Below are positions 15,916 to 35,787 of a stretch of DNA of 64,000 nucleotides, one piece after another. The stretch lies in assembly GCF_009914755.1 (NCBI RefSeq), contig NC_060934.1. One strand, written 5' to 3'. The notes under the pieces were generated by a model. It was not told the DNA's origin and did no database searches. It saw nothing but the letters and a program-made list of their open reading frames with translations. How positions within the stretch are numbered: the first letter of the stretch is position 1; each line of letters begins with the position of its first letter. Source of the stretch: the human T2T-CHM13v2.0 reference genome, Homo sapiens. The translations under genes and the position numbers were made by a program.

Positions 15916-16412
<497 letters not shown>

Positions 16413-16734
16413 CTACGTTTTTTAAAAATCAAAATGTCCATGTTAACAAAGTGGGAAAAAAAAAAGTCCATGTTTTTTCACAAAATGGTCTGGTCCCTGG
16501 CACTGCTTTAAATAACTCCCCGCCTCCCCCTGCAAAAAAAGTCCAGGCTGGGGAAATCATCATTCATTCTAACTGGTGTGGCAGGTTGTACATTCAGGCT
16601 TGAAGGTCTGTTTACCACAATAAAAAAAAAACCTGAGTGAGCATGATATTAAATGATGCAGGGGAGATAAAACTGATGGCAAATTTTCCCATTCCTCAAA
16701 TTAAACTGGTATGGTAGATGCAAAGTTTCATGAA

Positions 16735-17032
<298 letters not shown>

Positions 17033-17308
17033 ATGAAAAATTTCATACAAAAAATGCATAACGTACTTTTTCCTCAGATGTACACTTTCCAAGAAAGTGC
17101 CACTTAATTAATGGCTCTCCTTTATTTACCTCAGTTTTCCTTCACTAATTTTATTTCCTCTCACAAATTTTATTCTTCACAAATTGTGACTTAGTTAAGT
17201 ACTAATTTGTCAAATATTTCCATTTCTAAATCATTATATTACTATTAAGATATCAAAATTCCCTCTTATACACTATTGTGTCCACAAAAGACAGAAAAAC
17301 TCATTTGA

Positions 17309-17656
<348 letters not shown>

Positions 17657-17825
17657 TCAGGGAGGATTTCATGTCTTTCTCCCTAACTCTCCATATTTTG
17701 TATGAATTATTTCAATACTTCATAATCCTACAACTTGTAAAAGGAATATTTTTCCTTTTATCAGATATAGTAACAAAAGCTTCCCTTTATAAGGAAGAGA
17801 AACAAAAATAAAATTTTAATTATAG

Positions 17826-18201
<376 letters not shown>

Positions 18202-18287
18202 TATGTGTGTTTTTCTTTTTAACTTTCATTCTAATGATAAAATACCATCCCATTATTAGATACTATTATCACAAAAACATTAATCAC

Positions 18288-18447
18288 CTTATTAACTTTG
18301 AACTCCTTCACATCCATTGCTTCCTGGTGTTTAAATTGACTGCTATTAGTAATAGGGATGATGGGGATGGCATAAGTAGGTTTCATTGGCTGTCTCTGTG
18401 CCATAACCTCAGACATGATCTCTCCATTGTAGTCGCCCAAATTATAC
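18288..18447 (-). CDS. EPC1: EPC1 exon 6 (160 nt), YNLGDYNGEIMSEVMAQRQPMKPTYAIPIIPITNSSQFKHQEAMDVKEFKVNK
   Basis: Acceptor ttttag|GTATAAT and donor AATAAG|gtgatt; overlaps ORF 18231..18461. Confidence 0.95.
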
Positions 18448-18479
18448 CTAAAATTATACAAATGAAAGTTTAAAATTAT

Positions 18480-18725
18480 ATATATTTAAGGAATACAATG
18501 TGATGTTTTGATATACATTTATACTGTGAAATAATTACCACAATCAAGCTAATTAACATATCCATCACCTCACATAATTACCTTGTGTGTATATGTGGTG
18601 AGATTACTTAAGATCTACTCTTAGCAAATTTCAAGTATATAATACATTGTTATTAACCATGCTGTACATTAGGTCTCCAGAATGTATTCATTTCATAACT
18701 GTAAGTCTGTACCCTTTGACCAACA
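18480..18725 (-). mobile_element. L1MA 3' end fragment
   Basis: tacaatgtgatgttttga...aagctaattaacatatccatcacctcacat...aagatctactcttagcaaatttcaag. Confidence 0.7.
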
Positions 18726-19620
18726 TATAAAATATATAATTTTTATTTGTCAATTATACCTAAATAAAGCAGGAAAAAGAAGAAAATTTTGGAAAGTTAG
18801 TTTTATAAGTATTTACCTTTATAACCATTAATAACTAGCTGACTGAGATATAATTATAAACACCAATTACATTTAAGGCAAGATTGTAGTTAAACTTTGA
18901 CTATTCAATTTCTCTCAAAGATTACATAATTCCTTTTGTTTCTTCCTTTTACTTTTTTGGCTTATAGCTTTATCATGGCATATAAATAGAGGATTGTTGG
19001 GAAAAAATCAAAAGCTGGAATTTTAATGTAGCAATTTTGGTGAAAGATTTGGTGAAGTTGAAAGTAATGCCTAAAATGGTGCTAAGGATCTTTCTGCTAA
19101 TTAGAATTGCCTGGGCTTTAAAACTAATTTTTCTAAAAGTAATCACAAGAAATTTAAAAGTGGTTTTCTTTGGGGATAGGGACTAGAAATAGGGCAGAAG
19201 TTTTCTTTAAGTTTTCATTGTGTACCTTGCCAAATGCTTGAGTGGTAAGATATATGGGCCTTTCTCCCTCTTTCTTTACCCTTTTCTATTTAACAATCCA
19301 GTGTTTTAAATTTTATATGCATTAAAAAAGAAGCAGTACTATCAATTAACTCAAGTCCTACATGCAACTCAAGGACCAAAAAAGACCACTTTGAAATGGA
19401 AATACTTGGTATGTTTTAACTTAAGTGAATCCAGTCACTTTTAAAGAAAATAGAGGAAAACATGTAAAAGTATAAAAAGTATCATACCACATATTTAAAG
19501 TCTCTATTATTAAAAAAAGATATTTCTGTAATTAGATTATTGCATAGGAAATAAATTAACTCAATATACAAAATGTTAATGGCACTATACTTCCTCTAAC
19601 ATTATTAAAATATACATTAC

Positions 19621-19769
19621 CTCTTTTCCATAATTTCCAGTGTTAAGTGCAATAGCTCTCTTTTACTTTTTTCTCTTCTTTTTATCATCTCTAGAATAGT
19701 AACAGCTCGACTTAGATCTCGTCGCAGCTTAAGCATTTTTTCGTAAGAGGCTTCATCATTTTTGCGATT
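19621..19769 (-). CDS. EPC1: EPC1 exon 5 (149 nt), NRKNDEASYEKMLKLRRDLSRAVTILEMIKRREKSKRELLHLTLEIMEK(R)
   Basis: Acceptor ttgcag|AATCGC and donor AAAGAG|gtaatg; contains the KRREKSK motif. Confidence 0.96.
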
Positions 19770-20112
19770 CTGCAAATGTGAAGTTGCTTGTTTAATGTTA
19801 GTAAGTATTTCTAACTAGTGGTATAGTTATTGACCCATAAAATTTATATATTTGAAGGGTTAAATTAGAATTTAAAGACAATAAAAGGGAGCACAGATCA
19901 CCAGGAAATCAATTTTGTATTGATTTTTAAATGGATTAACATTAAAATATAACATTAATAGCTGCATAATAAATCTTAAGTTCAATTTAAGTATTTTTCT
20001 TATAATTGGAAAGTCATATTTGAATATAAATTAAACCACAGTATTGAGACAGTCATAACTATAAATAATTTTTATTATATAATTATCAAAAAAATTCTTC
20101 AAATTCACTTAC

Positions 20113-20319
20113 TTTTCGAGTCTGCATTTTTTCAGTACGCCTTCTAAAAGCCACATAAGGATCATTTGTGCTGGAACCATCTCGCTTCTCTTGTTTTACT
20201 GATGGAATAAGAGATGGCCCTCGACAGTTTTTTCTCTTTTTAATCCAATATTCATAAACTTCTCTAATTAGTTCATCATCTTCTTTTAGCAGTAGTTTGG
20301 CTTCCTGCAGACTGACTGG
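20113..20319 (-). CDS. EPC1: EPC1 exon 4 (207 nt), PVSLQEAKLLL...YEYWIKKRK...DPYVAFRRRTEKMQTRK
   Basis: Acceptor catttag|CCAGTC and donor CGAAAA|gtaagt; contains the conserved DPYVAFRRR motif. Confidence 0.96.
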
Positions 20320-20439
20320 CTAAATGTAAAACCATTATGTCATTTTCATACAATACACATACAAGGTTCATAAGTATTTACTTCTAAATTTAAAGGACAA
20401 TAATCAATATTACAACATTATTAACAAATGGGAAACTTG

Positions 20440-20620
20440 AGGAGTACATTATGCCTGTCAGTCACTGAACTAGGGTGCTTTATATACATTATTTCATCTT
20501 TACGACAATCCCAGGGCAACCAAGGCACAGAAAAATTTAAACATATTGCTCAAGATTACACAGGTTACTGATAAGCAGAGATGAGATTTGAATTCATACT
20601 TTTTAACTCTAAAGCCTGAC
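20440..20620. mobile_element. MIR fragment
   Basis: aggcacaga...ttgccaagattacacag...gcagagatgagatttgaa core. Confidence 0.55.
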
Positions 20621-20716
20621 TGATTACCCCCAACCTGCAATCTCACACTCTTTCCATACAATACAGTTCTTTACATAGAATATGTATATACTTGTTATAT
20701 ACAAATGAAGTTGTAC

Positions 20717-20862
20717 CTGCTGACCACTGCCTTTTTCTAGGCGGTCAATCATCTCCTCAAATTGCAATGGGCAGATGTCCATTTTCTTTTTCAGTTTATT
20801 CACAAATACTTCATCTTCAGAATCCAAATCATAATCAGGCTGTTCAGCATCCAAACTAAAAG
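20717..20862 (-). CDS. EPC1: EPC1 exon 3 (146 nt), PFSLDAEQPDYDLDSEDEVFVNKLKKKMDICPLQFEEMIDRLEKGSGQQ
   Basis: Acceptor ctgtcag|CTTTTAGT and donor CAGCAG|gtacaa; overlaps track ORF 20624..20854. Confidence 0.96.
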
Positions 20863-21374
20863 CTGACAGAAGGAACCATATGCAATCATTTACTGTGTGA
20901 ATTCACCGACAAAAACTCCACAGATGTCTGCATAAAAACAAGACCTAGACTTTCTAAAGAAATAAGAAAGAATTCTTGGATTTTGTTTTCAGAGTCGCAA
21001 ACAATCTAAGCTTAGATTTGTCTTACACATTTAAAGTTAAAGAAAGGAGATTATCTTTACTATGAATATACATATAAGTAATAAAAGACAATGGATGCGA
21101 CACCCTCCAACCACTCCTAAAAGCAAATACACTAGAAGCCTATTAAGAACATAAAGCGATCATTAAAACTTATTTGGTTGAACCATGTGAAGTGCCATTT
21201 TTATAGCTCAAAAATCATCACATAGGCAATTTTTATAATATAAAAGGAGAAGGCCTTTAAGATTTTTTTCTATAATATTTAAGTCCTATTTTGTAGATTA
21301 TTCAACTACTTTACCAAAAGCTAAGGGAGTGGTCTTTAAAGTTGAAGTGTTAGAAGCCACTACCAATAACAGTA

Positions 21375-21682
21375 CAGGTTGAGAATCCCTCACCCAAAAT
21401 GCTTGGGACCAGAAGTGTTTTGGATTTTGGAATATTTGAATACGTATAATGAGATTTCTTGAGGGTGGGACCCAAGTCTAAACACAAAATTCATTTTTTT
21501 CACATATACTTTATATGCATAGCCTGATGGTGATTTTATGTAATATTTTAAATAATTTTGTGCGTGAAGTTTTGACTGTGACCCATCATCACATGAGGGC
21601 AGGTGTATAATTTTCCACACGTGGAATCACACTGGTGCTCAAAAATTTCGAACTGCGGAGCATTTCAGATTTTGAGTTTTCA
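21375..21682. mobile_element. Tigger4/MER46 DNA transposon
   Basis: ta-caggttgagaatccct...aaatgcttgggaccagaagtgttttggatttt terminus. Confidence 0.75.
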
Positions 21683-22789
21683 GCAGCTGTCACTCGGTGA
21701 GTATGTTCCTGCCTAGGAAGTTTGTTTCTCTACGCGAACACTGTCATGCTGATGGAAATGGGAGGATCTTAGATCTGCAAGAACCGCTGCTACTATCAAA
21801 TGTTGTTTAATTACTTACCAAAATTAAGCTAGGTTGATATGAATATAAGCAAAATATTAAATAGCTTTAATATAAAAATTTGTCTCACATCTTTCCCTTA
21901 CTTAATTCCTTCTACTAACATTACAGTCCACATCTTTAGAATGGTATAAGGCCCTTTTTTCCTATTCTCTCCAGTGTTATCAGTTCTTTATGATCTAGTA
22001 ACATCAGATTTCATTGATTTCATGCAGTATGCTATTTCATGACTGCAGGCCTTTACAAAAATCCCTGTTTTTCTGCTTGCCCACCAAGGAGGCAAATGCC
22101 TATTTATTCTTTTTAGCACCCAGCCTGGTATCACTCATCTAGAATCCTTTTTTGATTTTTCCCCACCCAAGAAGTGGTTCCTAACCACTTTCATCTTTTT
22201 TAGTGGCTAAGAACCCACTTCACATACTTTATAATCTGCTTGTTAAGCATGCCTCCCTATTAGAATGTGTGTGATCTCTTTAGGGAGAGGCATGCCTTCT
22301 TTACTTCTGTACCGCTAAGTGGAGGGTAACAGGTTTCACCTTGTATGCCACCTCTGTAATGTTACGTCTATTAAAGTGGGGGGAAATAACCTCCAAACCC
22401 AGTCAGACATTAAAGTCTGTGATGGGTACAAAGGGCACTATTTAGCTGCCAAATACTGCCATCTCTGCTTAAAGCTTAACACAGTGTCTGGCCTGGGGAA
22501 GTAAAAAAACATTGGTACAGTTGAATGTATTATTTCACTGTTTTATTTTTTATTTTGACCTATATCACTTCTATAACATTCCTATTAAAATAAGTAAGTA
22601 TTCAGACTATAAAGATTTCTAGATGTTAACATCTCTGTACTCACAGTACCTGCAATCATGGGCCCTCCAATGATTTTCCATCATCTCATTTTGTCATTAT
22701 TATGTAAACAGCTTTTAGAGATCCTCAAGTTGATTAAAACTGTTAGATTAAAAACACTTGATATATTTTGTTCCTAACCAAAATAATGC

Positions 22790-23359
<570 letters not shown>

Positions 23360-23746
23360 AATGTTCTGCTTCTTAAGGTTATATTTCATTTTTAGGATCT
23401 CATTTATACACTACAGTTTGGCATCCTCTTCTTTAGATCGTATCACATGTCAAACCACAATCACAAAGCCTAATTATTCATTAAAACAAAATGAGCTTGC
23501 CAAGGATCACCTTGCTTCGCATCAAAATACACTTGCCATAGCTTCTGGTAGATATTATATTATCAATGGCAAGTCACACCCAACATATCAGGGGCTGCAT
23601 CAAGACTGAAAAGGATGATTTCTATCATATGAATCAAGGAGCTCAGGGTCTTTCCCTCTGACATTAACAAGGACCTGAGTGTCTGAGCCCTTTTGCCTCT
23701 GCAAGAGGCTTTTCTTTTATTCAGTGCAAACTCATATAAAATCTTA

Positions 23747-24097
<351 letters not shown>

Positions 24098-24393
24098 CTA
24101 GAGAAAAGCTAACATGTAAAAACCCACTTTGGAATTTCATTTGACCAAAAAACCCACACCCAACAACCTTATTATGTAATTTAGCTGTAGCTGAATCTGC
24201 AGCTTCCAATAAACACCTCAACCCAAGCTAATAAAAATGTAAAATATTCATCATGTTCCTAGAATTAAGAGTATCTTCAGATTTTCTGGGTCATGTTATT
24301 GGATGTGTTCAAAGTAAAAAAAAGGGTCTAAAGAAAAACAGGCAAATAGGTCATCTTTTCTAATTAAGTTCTATCAATTAAATTGAGACCTAG

Positions 24394-24712
<319 letters not shown>

Positions 24713-24914
24713 TATAATTCTTAAATAATAACGAGAACTACACTGTGTAAGCTGGCTCCTTTAAAAATATTCTGATAGGAATAAACCCAGAGATGCATAC
24801 AGGTAAACAGAATACAGTATTAGTGTGATACACAGATGTAGGAAAAAGTATACCATAACTGCCATGTAGACATAAAGTAAGCCTAAGTAAAATACAACAG
24901 GACTTATACATTGA

Positions 24915-25222
<308 letters not shown>

Positions 25223-25291
25223 AGTTAGATTATTTTTAAAGGAAATCCAGTCTGGTACAAACCGTGGTATTTAAAGTCTAGTAATAGATAT

Positions 25292-25754
25292 TTACTATGG
25301 GGTGGGAAGTATTTGACATCTTTGCCTTAGATCTAAGACAAAGATATTAAAGTTTAGTAATAGAGATGGAATGTAAGTGTCTACGTAACAAGTGCCATTT
25401 ATGACTCAAACTAAGTGTGCATTCGGTGAGTATGTCCATAACTTCAAACAGCGTTTTAAAAATACAGGAAACAAATAGTGAAAGGATATCTGGATCCATG
25501 AAACAGCACACAATGTGGATTAGGAACAGAATATACACCCTGATTGAAAGGAAGGAAGGTAGGAACACTACCCAAGGTTGAAGAAAAATTGTCACACCAG
25601 TTTTAACACGAGCACTAACTGCATGATTAATAATATCTACTTGCAAAGCTCTTGATATCAATTCTGAGCAGCAGAAAAGACTGTTGTGAAGATGTTACTT
25701 ACTATGGGGTGATAGGTATTTGACATCCTTGCCTCAGCTCTAAGATAAAGATAT
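25292..25754 (+). repeat. Dispersed 56-bp direct repeat (25292-25347 and 25699-25754)
   Basis: ttactatggggtg....gtatttgacatcYttgcctYagMtctaagaYaaagatat, 49/56 identical. Confidence 0.9.
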
Positions 25755-26125
25755 CGCTGACTAGCCAGATCATGGAAATCTTCAGTTTCCTTTGCTTAAA
25801 AGCTAGAGCTTGGGGTCACTTCCAGAATGTACTTAGGGAGCGAAAATGGTGAATATTAGATTTGAAATCTCAGATATAAGATCTTTCGTACATAAAGTTC
25901 TCTGGTTGCTGTTATAGATTTTATCTGTCAGAAAGCAGTACCAGCAGAATATGCTGCAGGGGATGTTGAGGCAGGCAGTGGGAAGGAGAAAATAATCTTT
26001 CAGAATCAGAGCACAAAGACAGGATATCCGTTCTGAGAGGTATTGAAAATGTAGGTTCTACTTTAGGAAAAAAGTATCCGTTAAAAAAACTTTACTTAGA
26101 AGTCAAAACTTATATAAGTTGTTGA

Positions 26126-26530
<405 letters not shown>

Positions 26531-26663
26531 TGAACTCCTGACTTCAGGTGGCCCGCCCACCTTGGCCTCCCAAAGTGCTGGGATTACAGGCGTGAGTCCC
26601 CGTGCCTGGCCACCATTGTCTTTAAGACATTGATGTTTTTTGGGTATGTCCCCCTCCCCAAGC

Positions 26664-26666
<3 letters not shown>

Positions 26667-26699
<33 letters not shown>

Positions 26700-26709
26700 T
26701 ATTATTATT
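26667..26709. repeat. (CAT)n(TAT)n compound microsatellite
   Basis: About 11 CAT units followed by TAT units. Confidence 0.95.
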
Positions 26710-27384
26710 AGCACATTCCTCACTCTGTGTTTTTCTGATTTTTTTCTCCATTGTGATTAGATTACACATTCTTGGCTAGGTTATTGCAAAGTAAACTTTT
26801 TAAGTCCTTCTCAGAATATCCACATCTAGAGGCACACAATATTCATCTGTTCCTCATAAGTAATGACAATTTTGATCACCAGTCAAGATGTTGCCCAATT
26901 TTTTCTTCTTCTTTGTAATTAATGAGTAGTTTGTGGAGAGAGCTTAAAGCCATGCAAATCTCCTCATCAAAATTTCCTCTCTTATTGAGCACACACTGAT
27001 GATTCTAGTATGATCCAACCCTGATTTATGATAATTGCAAAAATGAGGTTTTTTTTTTATTTTGAGACGGAAGCTCGCTCTGTTGCCCAGGATGGAGTGC
27101 AGTGGCGCGATCTCAGCTCACTGCAAGCTCTTCCTCCCAGGTTCATGCCATCTCCTGCCTCAGCCTCCTGAGTAGCTGGGACTACAGGCACCTGCCACCA
27201 CGCCCGGCTAATTTTTTGTATTTTTAGTAGAGACAGAGTTTCACTGTGTTAGCTAGGATGGTCTCGAGCTCCTGACCTTGTGAATTTGCCTGCCTCAGCC
27301 TCCCAAAGTGCTGGGATTACAGGCGTGAGCCACCGTGCCGGGCCACAAAAATGATTTTCTAACTCTAGCATTTTTTTTAAATTT

Positions 27385-31080
<3,696 letters not shown>

Positions 31081-31670
31081 CCCATAGATACAGGGCAGCT
31101 AACACAAATTTAGCAGCATTATCTTTATTAATATTCCAAAGTATACATCTTTCCAAAGACAAGTTACCTCAAATTTGTACAATAAAAAATTTTCTCCCAA
31201 ATAAGCTACAATTCTGCTGTCATTTATTAATATTTGATTATAATGTCAGGAGTCAATTCCTTTTTCAATATAGTAGTACCTTTTGACTTTACTGACCACA
31301 TATAATTCACTAGTTATCAGTCAAATGTATTTTATAGATTCTGATCATCAATAAGTAAGCCATCTTTAAGACATGTATTAATTTTTTCTCATAATGATAA
31401 TGTAAATTAGTATAATTTTATCTTATTTTACTCAACCTTGCTTTAACCTAAAAGCATGCATTTATAAGATAATATAGCTTGTGGCAGCAGAACAGAATGT
31501 GGTTTTAGTTAACATACATGGGGAAGATCAGATCCTTAGCTTTCAAATCCACCTTGGCATGATTTTCTGGAAAACAACTTTTTAGGTTCTAATATCTATC
31601 ACATTTGTTTATAACGTCTGTGTCTGTCTCTTAAATGTAACAAAACGTGACTGCACAAGTAGACTAGTTA

Positions 31671-32140
<470 letters not shown>

Positions 32141-32347
32141 TTACCTTACTAACCTTTCAATTATTTGTTTTTAAGTTGTTAATTAATTGGAGATTGAGTA
32201 AAAGCTCTCAGCTATTCATCACCAAATGTCACACAGTTATCAAACGATCACTGCTTATGAAGAACCTATCACTATTAAGTGAAATAAGTTCCCAATCAGA
32301 GCACTAAATTTTAAAAATTAGCATCACTCTACTAGAAAAAACAGATT

Positions 32348-32562
32348 TGGGGTTGGCAAGCTATGGCCTATGGGCCAATTCTGGCCTGCCATCTGTTTTT
32401 ATCAGTAAAGTTTTATTACAACACAGCGACGTTCATTCATTTTTCTATTCTCTTTAGCTGATTTTGCACTGCAACAGCAGAACTGAATAGTTGTGACAGA
32501 ATGACCCACAAAGTCTACAGTAGTTACAATCTGACCCTGTACAGAAAAAGTCTGCTGACTCT
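32348..32562. mobile_element. MER58A
   Basis: ggggttggcaa..tatggcc..tgggccaa..ctggcc...taaagttttatt...acacagc. Confidence 0.75.
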
Positions 32563-32908
32563 CACTTACATCAAGAAGTTCTTTAAGACTATCAATATTA
32601 TTAATTCTAAACAGGAAGAAAACTATTTCTATATCTGAGTTTTTTTTTTTTTTCTTATCCTTCTTGACTAAAGCAGCATAAGATTGTATGCTGGAATGAA
32701 ACAAAAAATGTAGAATAATAAATGCTATCTTTTCTTGTCAGATATCTCAAATATCATTTTAAAAGTTGAAAATGGACTCTACTAACTCTTAAGCTGATGC
32801 TGGTCAATGAAACAAATAACAAAAACGCTCCTGAAGAGATAAAAATCTGTCAAGTTACATAATAAGAGAAATATAGAAAATACAATCATTAAGAGAATCA
32901 TTACTTAC

Positions 32909-33068
32909 GCTGTATGTGAATGAGCTGCTTTGGCATCTTAAATTCCCCAGGATATATAGACTCATAGTAAGCAATATTACTTTCTGCCTCTGGGACCGGT
33001 ATAACCATATTATCCCTCTTCTCGCCATACACCTGCTGTGCTGAAATAGCCCGCTGAAGATGATGTTC
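32909..33068 (-). CDS. EPC1: EPC1 exon 2 (160 nt), EHHLQRAISAQQVYGEKRDNMVIPVPEAESNIAYYESIYPGEFKMPKQLIHIQ(P); EPcA domain
   Basis: Acceptor ttcttctttttag|GAACAT and donor ATACAGC|gtaagt; ends in phase 1, matching exon 3. Confidence 0.96.
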
Positions 33069-33679
33069 CTAAAAAGAAGAAAAAACAGGTAAGTTCATGT
33101 ATTTTTAAAAAGCAGTAAACAGATCATATAGCCAAAAAGGTTTTTTTGGCTCATTTGTTTTTAAAATAGAGAGATTCTAGTAGTAGATCTTAAAAGCATG
33201 TTGTTAACACGATACAACTAGTGATAAAATCAGTTCAGGTAGAAACAAAAAAAATTTTGTCAGAAACACTGAATATTTCCTCAATATAGCAAAAGGAATT
33301 GCCAAAACAGAATTATATAAAGAGATTCAAAATAGTTGACAAAAACAAAGCTTGCATTTTACGGATGAGACGTGGAGAAGGAGTTAAAACATTTGAACTT
33401 GTTATATAAAGAAAGTGGGCTATGGTTAAAAATATTTTATTGATTCAAATCTCTTATTCATGTAATACTTCATAAATTTAGAAGGTATTTGAATACAAAT
33501 CAACTAAATATGGTTTCTTCAAAGAAGGGCAGAGGTTATCTCCATTTTGAGTTGAAACTGACAGACTCAAATCCTGGTCTTTTGTCTGAAATGATAACCT
33601 TTCATACACATTTCCAGAGCCCTTTCTGAGCAGCTGCAGAGTATGTGTAGGGGCAGAAAGCACATTCTCTGGACTCAGG

Positions 33680-33865
33680 CTGTCTGATTAGAACCCAACT
33701 CCGATACTGAAACAGTTTGTGACTCCCGGCAAGAAACCAGTCTTCTAAATCTATTTCCTACAGTAAGAGAAAAAAAGAATCTACTGTACAGAGTTGGAGA
33801 TTTAAGTAAGATAAATGTGAATAAAATGTTTAGTATAATGCCTGACATATAACAGGTGCTCAAAA
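33680..33865. mobile_element. MIR fragment
   Basis: aatgcctgacatataacaggtgctcaa terminus. Confidence 0.5.
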
Positions 33866-33994
33866 TAAGTTTTGGTTTAGCCACCACACAGAAAGCTTTT
33901 CCTAGTTTGTGATACTACCAACTGCCATATAAAGGTATTAGTCTCATCCAGGCCTATCAACACTGAATTTTGGTATATGCCTTATTAAATTCAA

Positions 33995-34018
33995 ACACAC
34001 ACACACACACACACACAC
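33995..34018. repeat. (CA)n
   Basis: About 12 units. Confidence 0.95.
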
Positions 34019-35237
34019 AAACAAGTTCATGGATAAAAAGCATTCTAATAGTATGAAAAGTTCCAGTCTTCATAGGTAGTCCATTAGGAATGTGTATTTT
34101 CTTCCCAATATTTTAATGTATATACAAATGTGTACATATTTAAATATGTAAAGGAATATATATATTCCTATATAAATGGATATAAGATATACACAATGTA
34201 GAACTTTATCCCTAGCTTTGGTTTGCTTGATATAACCTGGAGATCTTTCCATACCAATACTTCTACTACATTCCTTACAATAGCTGCATTATATTCCACT
34301 ATATGGACTTACCAAATTTATTTAACCAGATACAAATTGAAAGGGAAAAAACTCTGGCAACAACCTAAATGCCTACCATCTCCTAAGTGCTACAAAGAAC
34401 CACTCATGTATTACTATGTACAAGATATCTTTGTGGACTTGTGAAGGCATCTGTAGGACAACTACAAATGGAAGTGCTCAAAGGGTATATCTAAGGTTGT
34501 AACAACACATATTCCTCATTCCTTAAGTAACTATTTCTCAATATTCCTTTTGAGTTTAAAACTCTTTGCCCTTCTTGTTACTTTAGGTTAATTTCTTTAC
34601 AAATGATAAAGTTTCTTTTCTTTCAAATGTTGCTCTTCTTTGCTCATTTTCAAAAGTGTTGCATTTTTCTTATTCATACTCAATTTGATTTTTGATTCTA
34701 AACCCTCAGAATGCCTAATGACTCCTGGGAGCTGGTAGAAACTAAGTCTTTATGTGTGTATATGGGGTGGGGAAAACAGTGTCACTAAACAGCAAGTTCT
34801 ATCTTCTACTTTGGTAGTCTATTGCCATATTTACTGGCCCTGAATGCCCACTGACACAGGGCATTTTTGCCAACCCCAGTGTATGTCAGTTACATGCGTG
34901 CTCTTGAACTCTCAGATATCCTCAAATGTCAAGAGAAATATTCTTAGCACACACACCAAACTCAAGGAGAGAGTACGGAAGCAAGACACGTGATTCATAG
35001 TTTGCTTTTTGTTCCCAGCTCACAACCCTTAATCTCTTAACCCTTAATTTCTATGTGTAGGTGAACATATAAGTTAGATGTTTTACCTTTTGGACTGTTG
35101 CAAATCTGTCTTACTCCTGGTGATGCCTTTAGAACATAGCATTCAAGCATTCGTTTATTTTGTTTAACTAGTTCTGATATCTGGCACCTGGTCCAAATGA
35201 GAGGTAGCTGTAGTTGAGAACAGAATATGCCAATGTC

Positions 35238-35531
35238 GGCTGGACGTGGTGGCTCATGCCTGTAATCCCAGCACTTTTGGGAGGCTTAAACTCCCTTGAG
35301 CCCAGGAGTTTGAGACCAGCCTGGCCAACATGGTGAAACCCCATCTCTACTAAAAATACAAAAATACAAAAATTAGCTGGGTGTGATGGCATGTGCCTGT
35401 AATCTCAGCTACTTGAGAGGCCGAGGCAGGGAGAATCGCTTGAATCTGGGAGGCGGAGGTTTCAGTGAGCCGAGACTGCACCGCTGCACTCCAGCCTGGG
35501 TAACTGAGCAACAGTCTCAAAAAAAAAAAAG
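35238..35531 (+). mobile_element. Alu (J/S)
   Basis: Dimer; TSD ataYgccaatgtc. Confidence 0.88.
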
Positions 35532-35787
35532 CATACGCCAATGTCTGAGACTATTAGTTGGTCAGAAAATGAATACTTCACATATTACCACATCCTCCCA
35601 CCTCAAGATTATGAAACAAATTCACCCTTGTCAGGTCTTTACCCCTTTTAATAGTTTATTTTTACATCTGTAATTTATTTTTTCTATAAGAAGAGACAAA
35701 GATCTACCTTTTTTCCCCAAATAGTGAGCCATCTGTCCTAATGTCATGGATGAAATAATCTGTTCTCCTTAATCATTAAAAATGTTC

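Noticed and set aside
21683-21800. Short CpG-containing unique stretch abutting the Tigger4 end, considered as a small RNA gene
   Set aside because: I see no C/D or H/ACA box arrangement, tRNA fold or Pol III terminator that I can support.
25271-25364. Repeat-spacer-repeat layout reminiscent of a CRISPR unit
   Set aside because: There are only two imperfect repeats in eukaryotic intronic DNA, and the spacer is a local copy. A target duplication explains it better.
26584-26769. ORF with a poly-N/poly-D run
   Set aside because: It is the translation of the (CAT)n(TAT)n microsatellite plus an Alu start.
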